Source of the DNA: an uncultured Desulfobacteraceae bacterium
Lineage (GTDB): Bacteria > Desulfobacterota > DSM-4660 > Desulfatiglandales > B25-G16
NCBI GenBank assembly: GCA_964655655.1
Contig: CAZZPR010000005.1
Span: forward strand, 1,968 to 65,967
Direction of reading: 5' to 3'
DNA: 64,000 bases
Shown piece by piece: positions 56,880-64,000 of the stretch (the stretch's first letter is position 1; the number at the start of each line of letters is the position of its first letter). Made by a program: the position numbers and the translations under genes. Below the pieces are notes generated by a model. The model did no database searches and was not told the origin of the DNA. It saw nothing but the letters and a program-made list of their open reading frames with translations.

Positions 56880-58658
56880 TCAGCCTTTAAGCTGGCTTAA
56901 ATCCAATATGTAAAATCCCTTATAGCTCAAAAACCGCTTCATCTCTTCAGGCATCCGCTTACCGGTTACAAATATATTTCTTTCCTGTTTATCGAAAAAG
57001 GTAATGCCCGGTATTTTAAATTTAATATTCCTTTTTACTTCCCTTTGTGCGGCCAGGATCTCATGATCCTCCGAATATAATGAGACACCCAGGAATTGGA
57101 GTATGCTTTCTGTTATCTTCATGGGGTTATTATTCTCAGAGAGGGAGAGCACCATGAACTGGTGTTTCTGAAGAAGGGATACAATCCTCGGGGATAATCC
57201 ACTCAAGTCTATTATGCAATCCCTGCCATTTCTGTTGAAGAAAATATCCGCATTGATGGTAAGTTTGAACCCGGCCTTCTCGCCCTGATAAACGGGAATT
57301 TCCACCTGCTTTGAAAAAGGTTGTCCTGCAAGGTCCAGCAATAATGAAGCCAGGGGAAAATCCCTTTCCTGATCGATATCCAAACAATGCTCTGCAAGTA
57401 ATTTGTCTTTTTTTTCAAGGGAATCGGAAAAATCCGGGTAATCCACTATCCTTATGCCCATTTTTCCTAAATAGTCCTTTACCGGACCGGGCGTTTTTTC
57501 CCTTCCGGTTTCCAGCAGGGTAATCACAACGACTCCCTTGGCCTTTTCCTCCCGGCTTTTTACCGGCATAACAACCCAATCACCCCCGATGGATATGTCT
57601 ATGTCCCCCTGTGTTTTGAGGTTCTCCCCTGATTCAATAATCTTGTAAAAACCGCCTGCGCCGAGAATCTTATCCACCGCCTCCCTGAGCTTGTCCTCAG
57701 GGTCCAGGGTTACTATCCGGTAATCCTCCCAGTCCGTCTCAATCAAACTGCGCACGTCCCCGGGAAGATCCCCCTTTAAGTCCACAATCAACCTTATGCC
57801 GTTTGCCAAATTAAGCACCGGAAAAGAACTGGCCTCCAGGTGGATCTGTCCCCCGGATTTTAATGGAATAAACTGTTTTCCAGTATCGAGCCACTCCTCG
57901 CCCATTCGGGTAAAGATATCCTTAAGGCCCTTTTTCAATGAAACGGTCTCTTGTTTATCAACTTCTTCCTCAGGGGTTGGGCTCACCACCCTTTCCACCC
58001 TCTCCTCCTTGGGTGGGGCCTTTTTCTTTCTCTCTATGGGTTTTTTTACCACCTGGGGAGAGTAAATCGGAAGCTTGATGACCTGGCCCGGATATATGCG
58101 GTTAAGGTCTTTCAAGGAAGGATTTAATGCACGGATAAGGCTCAGGTACTCATCGTACAAATAATCCGTCGGCACCTCGTACTTGTCCTGCACCACCATG
58201 GTAAGACTGTCTCCGGGTCTAATGCGGTAATTTTCAAGATCGATTTCATCCCCGGAGAGTATTTTATCGATTGATCCCTTTGCCTTTACTTCTCCTTCCG
58301 GGTGACCTTTGAGGGGTACTATGTCGATGGGGATCATTATGTTCTGTCCGGGGTGAATGATGTCAAGATTTCTCAATTTAGGGTTCATTCCCTTGATCAA
58401 AGAGATCAATTCCCCTGAGTCCCCCTTGTCAAGAAGGCCTCTTCGGCGCAAAAGTTTCCATATATAATCACCCTTTTTAACCCTATAGCGCTCGTAAACT
58501 ATCCTTCGGTCTTTTGTCTCCTTTACGGTAGCCTTGCGTACAAGCGAAATTGAAAATGTATCCTTATCCTTTCCTAAACCCTGGCTTGTACACAGGCTTG
58601 AAAAAAAGAAAAAAAATATAAATATTTCTAATGACTTCTTTAAAAAATCTTTTTGCAT
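56880..58658 (-). CDS. Secreted protein with two LysM domains and a large uncharacterised C-terminal region
   Basis: Signal-like N-terminus. LysM 1 is YRVKKGDYIWKLL...IHPGQNIMIP and LysM 2 is YRIRPGDSLTMVV...IYPGQVIKLP. The remaining roughly 380 aa have no motif I recognise. Confidence 0.8.
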   Translation of the reverse strand: MQKDFLKKSLEIFIFFFFFSSLCTSQGLGKDKDTFSISLVRKATVKETKDRRIVYERYRVKKGDYIWKLLRRRGLLDKGDSGELISLIKGMNPKLRNLDIIHPGQNIMIPIDIVPLKGHPEGEVKAKGSIDKILSGDEIDLENYRIRPGDSLTMVVQDKYEVPTDYLYDEYLSLIRALNPSLKDLNRIYPGQVIKLPIYSPQVVKKPIERKKKAPPKEERVERVVSPTPEEEVDKQETVSLKKGLKDIFTRMGEEWLDTGKQFIPLKSGGQIHLEASSFPVLNLANGIRLIVDLKGDLPGDVRSLIETDWEDYRIVTLDPEDKLREAVDKILGAGGFYKIIESGENLKTQGDIDISIGGDWVVMPVKSREEKAKGVVVITLLETGREKTPGPVKDYLGKMGIRIVDYPDFSDSLEKKDKLLAEHCLDIDQERDFPLASLLLDLAGQPFSKQVEIPVYQGEKAGFKLTINADIFFNRNGRDCIIDLSGLSPRIVSLLQKHQFMVLSLSENNNPMKITESILQFLGVSLYSEDHEILAAQREVKRNIKFKIPGITFFDKQERNIFVTGKRMPEEMKRFLSYKGFYILDLSQLKG

Positions 58659-58913
58659 TCAGGGAGCTCTAAAGATTAATATCATGGCCTCTTCCTTGAA
58701 ACCAGGTTAAAACAGCGGAAGACGGAGAAAGAGGTAAAGTAATATCTAATATTAAATAGTTAAATAAAATTATGTCAAGATTTTTCCTTATACCCATTGT
58801 AACCACAATATATGGCTATATTTTACTTTTATCTATACATTATATAGTATTTTTCTTTACATTTCAGGAAACATCTGTTATTAAAACATGTCAGTATAAA
58901 GAGAGGCGGGGAC

Positions 58914-61900
58914 ATGAGAATCAACAACATACACATACTGGGATTTAAATCCTTTATGAATAAAACGAATATCCGGGTGTCACGCGGAATAAGCGCTTTT
59001 GTAGGGCCTAATGGCTGCGGAAAAAGTAACATTGTGGATGCTATAAGATGGGTAATGGGTGAACAGAGCCCTCGCCAGTTGAGGGGACGTCGCATGGAGG
59101 ACATAATCTTCTCCAGCACCGGCAGCCAGAAGTCTCTGGGCCTTGCTGAGGTAACCCTCACCCTGGAGCATACAAACGGCAACCAAGAAGCCAGGGAAAA
59201 ATCCGTGACCAGGAGATTGTACAGATCCGGCGAAAGCGAATACTTGATGGATAACATGCCCTGCAGATTAAAAGACATACAAGATATTTTCATGGGCACC
59301 GGCCTGGGTAACAGGGCCTATTCCATCATAGCCCAAGGCGAAATCAGCTCTTTGATAGAGAAAAAGCCGGAAGAATTAAGGTCCCTGCTGGAGGAAGCTG
59401 CCGGAATATCCAAATATAAGGCTAGGAGAGAGGAATCTCTAAGAAAAATATCTCTTACCAAAGAAAACCTGGACCGGGTGGAGGATCTTCTCTCTGAAAT
59501 AAACAGAGAGATGAATTCTCTGAAACGGCAGGCGCGTAAGGCAAAGAAGTTCAAGGAGGCGAACTCGGAAATAAGACATCTGGAGCTTGCAATGCTCGCC
59601 AGTGACTACTCCGAATTAAAGAAGGACAAGACTGACCGGGAGAGGGTGATCCATGAACTGACAAACGAGGAAAGGAAATCAGAAGAACTCTCGTCCGAGG
59701 CGGAAGGGGCACTGGAAAAACAAAATCTTTTATTGATGGACAAAGAGAAACAATTAACCGAGATGAGGGATTCTCTATACTCAGTAAAGGAAGAACGCTC
59801 CAACAAAGAAAGCTCGCTATCCCATATATCCAGTGACCTGGAAAGGTTAAATCTGGACAGCTCAAAGCTGAAACAGGAAAAGGATGGAATCCTGAAGAGG
59901 CTTTGCGAGTATGAGTCGGAAATGGAAAATATCGACCAAAGGATTCAAGGGCTGCAGGGTTCAGCTCAGGAAGCCTCCGAACTTCAGGAACATTACAGTT
60001 GCATGCTGAAAGACAGGAGCGCCTCGCTGGAGGATTTAAAAAGAGGACTTAACCAGGAAAAGGCCCGGCTTATGGAGTTGAACACCCGAGAGGCGAATTT
60101 AAAAGGCCGGAAAAGAAACCTGTTCGAAATGGTCAATAACACGGATACCAGAAAAAAAGGGTTTGAGGAGGAAGCAACAGACATCTCCAAAAGAACGGAG
60201 GATTTATCCAACAGGCTAAACAAAAAAAACGAATACAGGGAAAACCTTTCACAACAATTACAACCTCTGGAAAAAGAGATCCAGAAAAAACAGTCCAGGC
60301 TTGAAGAGCTGCAAGAACTCAGAACAAAAAGGGAATCAGAGAAAAACGAGGCCGAATCAAACCTCAATTTGCTTCGGTCCAGGGTGCAGACCCTCAAAGA
60401 CCTGATCCAAAATTATGAAGGCTATAAATCCGGTGTACAGGCCATCATGAACTCTAAAGATCTAAATCCGGTAAAACAAGGCCGGGTACTGGGCGTTATT
60501 GCCGATTTCATTCAGGTAAAACCGGAATACGAGATAGCCACAGAGGCGGTCCTGGGAGAAAGGCTTCAGTATATGGTCGTAACCAAACAGGATGACTGCA
60601 AGGACGCGGTAGAATACCTCAAATCCAAGAAAAAGGGTAGAAGCTATTTCCTGCCCCTGGAGGAATTCAAAACCGAATTAAACAAAGGTCATACCAACGG
60701 TTTCAGGCTTTTAAAAAATTATGTATCCATTCCCGATAAGTTCAGGCCGGTGGTAGAATCATTTTTGGGCAACGCCGCTATAGTAGAGAGTCTTTCCGAG
60801 GCAATATCCATATGGAAAAAGGAAAGGACCAAGCAGACCCTTGTTACCCCGCAAGGGGATGTGGTGGACGAGAGGGGAATCATAATAGGAGGCAGGGACG
60901 GAAAAGAAGGCCTGGGCTTGCTCAAAAGAAGAAGGGAGGCAAAGGAATTAACCAATAATATAAAAGACCGGGAAAAACTGGTTTCTTCCCTGGAATCCGA
61001 GATTTCGAATTTAGTCTCGAGCCTGGATGATCTCAGTGACAGTATGCTCCGGCTGGAAACAGAAAAAAGCTCTTGCTTAAAAAAACTGGATGAGCTTGAC
61101 AGGGATATACGGTCCCTCAAGAGCGAGTCCGAACAGTTAACAAGGCATAAACACTATACCCTGGACCAGCTAGAATCCTTGACAAGGGAAAAAGAAGAAA
61201 AGTCATTGCAGGTAAAGGAGCTTGAAAAAAGCCTCTCGGAATGCCTAAATGAAAAAAAGGCCCTCGAACGATCCCTTTCGAAAAAGGAAGGCAGCCTTAA
61301 TGACCTGGAAAGGGATATTGCCGAGGTCAAGGAAAAATATTCCGGGGTACTGGTACAGGTAAATCAGTTCAACGAGGAAAAAAAAGGTCTACTCAGAGAA
61401 AGGGAGAGGCTGGAGCAGTTTATGAGTGAAATGGATTTAAGGATAAAAAAGATAGACCGGGACATAGATTCGAATGTAGACCAATCCCGTAACTGCAAGG
61501 AAAAGGAAATCGAGATAAAGAAAAGACTGGAAGAAATTCATAAAAAACAAGATGCTATGCAAGGGGGGCTTCGCTCCCTGGAAGCCGAGTGTGAACGCCT
61601 GAAGGAAAATCTTCGGCAGAAGGAAAAAAATGCAGGGGTTATAAGGGAAAAACTCCGGGATACCAGGGAAAAGATAAACCAGGCAAAAATTAACAAGGCG
61701 GAGACCGATTTCAGGCTCAGCAATGTCATTTCCCGGGCAAACAGGGAATTGAATATTGACTTGCAGAACTCTTACGAGGAATACCGGGTGGATGATTTTT
61801 CAAAAGACGAATATGAACAGAGGCTCAATAAATTTAGAAAGTTGAAAGAAAATATAGGCGAAGTGAATCTCTTGGCCTTGAACGAATATGAGAAATTAAA

Positions 61901-62471
61901 GGAAAGGTGCGAATTTATACAATCACAAAGGGATGATCTGATTAAGTCAATCGAATCGCTAAATAATGCCATTCGAAGGATAAACAGGATCTCCAGGCGG
62001 AGATTCCTGTCTACCCTGAAAAAAGTGGATGAGAAATTAAAAACGGTTTTCCCTGTACTCTTTAACGGCGGAACAGCCCATCTAAAATTAATAGACGAAA
62101 ACATCCCCCTGGAAACCGGTGTCTTGCTGGAAGCGCAGCCACCGGGAAAAAGCCTCGTGCACATGGGGCTTTTGTCCGGCGGGGAAAAGGCCATGACAGC
62201 TATGGCTTTTCTTTTTGCCATTTACCTTATTAAACCCAGTCCCTTTATTATAATGGATGAGGTGGATGCCCCCCTGGATGAGGCCAACACAGACCGTTTT
62301 AACGACCTTTTGGCGGAAATACGGAAATCCTCCCAGGTTATCATGGTTACTCACAACAGAAATACCATGGAGGCATCGGAAAGGCTTTACGGGGTCACCA
62401 TGGACAAGACCGGTATTTCCAAGCTGGTTTCCGTAGACCTGAGTGATCACAAAGAGCAAGCGGCCTCTTAA
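58914..62471 (+). CDS. smc: Chromosome partition protein SMC
   Basis: Walker A FVGPNGCGKSNIVDAIRW, long coiled coils, hinge GVIADFIQV, signature LSGGEKAMTAMAF, Walker B IIMDEVDAPLDEAN. Confidence 0.95.
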   Translation: MRINNIHILGFKSFMNKTNIRVSRGISAFVGPNGCGKSNIVDAIRWVMGEQSPRQLRGRRMEDIIFSSTGSQKSLGLAEVTLTLEHTNGNQEAREKSVTRRLYRSGESEYLMDNMPCRLKDIQDIFMGTGLGNRAYSIIAQGEISSLIEKKPEELRSLLEEAAGISKYKARREESLRKISLTKENLDRVEDLLSEINREMNSLKRQARKAKKFKEANSEIRHLELAMLASDYSELKKDKTDRERVIHELTNEERKSEELSSEAEGALEKQNLLLMDKEKQLTEMRDSLYSVKEERSNKESSLSHISSDLERLNLDSSKLKQEKDGILKRLCEYESEMENIDQRIQGLQGSAQEASELQEHYSCMLKDRSASLEDLKRGLNQEKARLMELNTREANLKGRKRNLFEMVNNTDTRKKGFEEEATDISKRTEDLSNRLNKKNEYRENLSQQLQPLEKEIQKKQSRLEELQELRTKRESEKNEAESNLNLLRSRVQTLKDLIQNYEGYKSGVQAIMNSKDLNPVKQGRVLGVIADFIQVKPEYEIATEAVLGERLQYMVVTKQDDCKDAVEYLKSKKKGRSYFLPLEEFKTELNKGHTNGFRLLKNYVSIPDKFRPVVESFLGNAAIVESLSEAISIWKKERTKQTLVTPQGDVVDERGIIIGGRDGKEGLGLLKRRREAKELTNNIKDREKLVSSLESEISNLVSSLDDLSDSMLRLETEKSSCLKKLDELDRDIRSLKSESEQLTRHKHYTLDQLESLTREKEEKSLQVKELEKSLSECLNEKKALERSLSKKEGSLNDLERDIAEVKEKYSGVLVQVNQFNEEKKGLLRERERLEQFMSEMDLRIKKIDRDIDSNVDQSRNCKEKEIEIKKRLEEIHKKQDAMQGGLRSLEAECERLKENLRQKEKNAGVIREKLRDTREKINQAKINKAETDFRLSNVISRANRELNIDLQNSYEEYRVDDFSKDEYEQRLNKFRKLKENIGEVNLLALNEYEKLKERCEFIQSQRDDLIKSIESLNNAIRRINRISRRRFLSTLKKVDEKLKTVFPVLFNGGTAHLKLIDENIPLETGVLLEAQPPGKSLVHMGLLSGGEKAMTAMAFLFAIYLIKPSPFIIMDEVDAPLDEANTDRFNDLLAEIRKSSQVIMVTHNRNTMEASERLYGVTMDKTGISKLVSVDLSDHKEQAAS

Positions 62472-62557
62472 CTTATTCTTTTTTTTCGTTTTACAGTAGC
62501 TAATCTCTGCCAACCGCCCCACTTGTATCCCAAGTATCGGCCTTATATTTATCTCTC

Positions 62558-62607
62558 ACAACCCTTCCCCGGTACCAAAAAGGGAGATCACGGGCATCTC
62601 TTTTTTT
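62558..62607. repeat. Second repeat module, copy 2 (inverted relative to 18270..18320); could serve as the smc terminator
   Basis: acAACCCTTCCCCGGtaccAAAAAGGGAGATCACGGGCATCTCTTTTTTT. The GGGAGAT/ATCTCTT hairpin plus T-run lies about 100 nt after the smc stop. Confidence 0.75.
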
Positions 62608-63045
62608 AAACGTATCATTCCTTTGCCTTGCCTTTCCAGGTACCTCCACGGCGGGCGGGGATGACTCAGGATATGCTATCCGTATAACCAGGAGTTTTCA
62701 TAGTGTATCTTTGCCTATCGCCCACCTTGTATTCGAAGCATGGGCCGGATATAGATAAGGATTCTTCTCCGTTTAAAAATAAGAGACACCCGTACTCTCC
62801 CTGGGTGCAATTAGCCGGAATATTTATGAAAGGGCATAATATGTTTTTTAACCTTGAACTGTGAACATGGAACCTGGAACCTGTGTATTGAAATACCACA
62901 GGATTGGGAAGTGCTTAAAATATTGGGGGGTTACTACAAGGATTCTTTAATTTGTTTATGAGTTCTCCGGGTGTAAGAAAAATTTTAAAAAAGGCAAAAA
63001 TTTACGTGAATCTCGCAAGGAAATGGGCTAATTTACGAACAAATA

Positions 63046-63088
63046 TTTGAACCCGGATGTACAGCAGCCACCTGCTGCTGTATGAAAG
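63046..63088. repeat. Palindromic intergenic repeat, copy E (degenerate, loop CCAC)
   Basis: tttgaaCCCGGATGTACAGCAGccacCTGCTGCTGTATgaaagg overlaps the candidate ftsY start codon. Confidence 0.65.
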
Positions 63089-64000
63089 GAGATACGCTTG
63101 CCTTGAATAATTCATATTACCAAAATAATTCCCATGGAAGAAGGCTCTGGAGCAAGTTGGCCAAAACGAGTTCCAGGATAACCAGATTGATTACCGGGAA
63201 AAAGGACCTGGACCCTGAGCTTTTGGAGGAGCTGGAGGAAACCCTTTTGACCTCGGACATAGGCGTGGAGACATCGCTGGAGCTGATACAAAACCTAAAG
63301 GAAAGGGTGGAAAAAAACCCGCCTGACAGCCCGGACCAGCTGAAGAATGTTTTAAAAGAGGAATTAAAATCCATCCTGAAGGAGACAGGGGAAGGCCTTC
63401 CCTCCGAAAATATGTTCGAAAACCCCACGGACAAGCCCCATGTAACCTTATTCGTGGGAGTAAACGGCGTGGGGAAAACGACTACCATCGCCAAGATGTC
63501 ACATTATTTCAAGCGCAGAGACCAAAAGGTGATGCTGGTGGCCGCCGACACTTTCAGGCACGCCGCAATCGAGCAATTGCAGATATGGGGTGACAGAACA
63601 GGTGCGGAAGTAATAACCCAAAAAAGGGGTGCGGACCCGGCGGCCGTTGTATATGACGCCCTTTCAGCAGCCAGGGCCAGGAACACGGACAGGGTGTTGA
63701 TCGACACAGCCGGAAGGCTTCATACCAAGTCAAACCTCATGGAGGAGCTAAGCAAACTTCGCAAGGTTGCCGGCCGACAGGTGCCAGGATCTCCCCACCG
63801 CATAACGCTTGTGCTGGACGCCACCACCGGCCAGAACGCTATCATCCAGGCCCGGGAATTTTCCCAGTTTCTGGGTATAACAGATATAGTCCTCACCAAA
63901 CTGGACGGAACCGCCAAAGGGGGAATAGTGGTCGCGGTGGCACGAAAACTCCAGATACCCATTTCCTTTCTAAGCATAGGAGAGGGTCTCAATGACCTCC
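63082..64000 (+). CDS. ftsY: Signal-recognition-particle receptor FtsY (3' end outside window; absent from the supplied ORF track)
   Basis: Hand translation from ATG 63082 is open to the window end: ...LAKTSSRITRLITGKKDLDPELLEELEETLLTSDIGVETS...FVGVNGVGKTTTIAK...DTAGRLH...LTKLDGTAKGG. The start could also be TTG 63103. Confidence 0.9.
   Translation, partial: MKGDTLALNNSYYQNNSHGRRLWSKLAKTSSRITRLITGKKDLDPELLEELEETLLTSDIGVETSLELIQNLKERVEKNPPDSPDQLKNVLKEELKSILKETGEGLPSENMFENPTDKPHVTLFVGVNGVGKTTTIAKMSHYFKRRDQKVMLVAADTFRHAAIEQLQIWGDRTGAEVITQKRGADPAAVVYDALSAARARNTDRVLIDTAGRLHTKSNLMEELSKLRKVAGRQVPGSPHRITLVLDATTGQNAIIQAREFSQFLGITDIVLTKLDGTAKGGIVVAVARKLQIPISFLSIGEGLNDL

Noticed and set aside
58793-58815. 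CCCATTGTAACCACAATATATGG in the LysM-smc divergent spacer resembles a collapsed copy of palindrome A (ATTGTA..CCAC..ACAATATAGG).
   Set aside because: Only about 5-bp arms remain. This is too short to distinguish from chance in AT-rich DNA.
58829-59299. 156-aa minus-strand ORF overlapping the smc promoter and 5' end.
   Set aside because: It is antisense to the unmistakable SMC head domain and extends into AT-rich promoter DNA. No supporting signals were seen.
62666-62899. 77-aa GTG-initiated minus-strand ORF in the smc-ftsY spacer.
   Set aside because: It has no SD and no recognisable fold. It runs through the GAAC heptad array. I kept it only as a remote possibility for a small protein, testable by ribosome profiling.

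Overview
About 64 kb of bacterial chromosome with roughly 54 protein-coding genes. I saw no rRNA, tRNA or CRISPR array. Gene content suggests an anaerobic Desulfobacterota/deltaproteobacterium-like organism, but that is inference only.

Contents from left to right:
1. A translationally coupled operon: TonB-dependent receptor (5' truncated), FecB/BtuF-like binding protein, FecCD permease, ATPase, CobN, ChlD and ChlI. It is followed by an ABC-2 exporter pair, a Fur-family regulator and a small DUF1638-like gene.
2. A minus-strand run of thiD, thiC, a HAD-IIB phosphatase and mtnA.
3. A CHASE2 adenylate cyclase, mlaE-mlaF and a long mlaD-like gene, a DUF218 protein, dtd, and a B12-binding-type radical SAM protein.
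4. A LIV-type ABC uptake operon with an embedded acyl-CoA ligase and a downstream IclR regulator.
5. A low-GC glycan-biosynthesis island of about 14.5 kb (35.1-49.6 kb). It holds six glycosyltransferases, galE, four SAM methyltransferases, a deacetylase-like gene and a Wzx flippase.
6. A small accessory islet: a four-helix-bundle protein, an AbiEii-type toxin with a small partner, and a DUF4143 AAA ATPase.
7. glgP, nnr, a LysM protein, smc, and a 3'-truncated ftsY that is missing from the supplied ORF track.

The non-coding DNA carries a family of about 40-nt near-perfect palindromes (five copies, one with a nested insertion of about 130 nt). A second repeat of about 50 nt looks like a terminator and occurs twice.

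The most interesting candidate system is the TonB/ABC importer fused in one operon to a three-subunit class I chelatase. All family assignments come from reading the translations. No database search was run.
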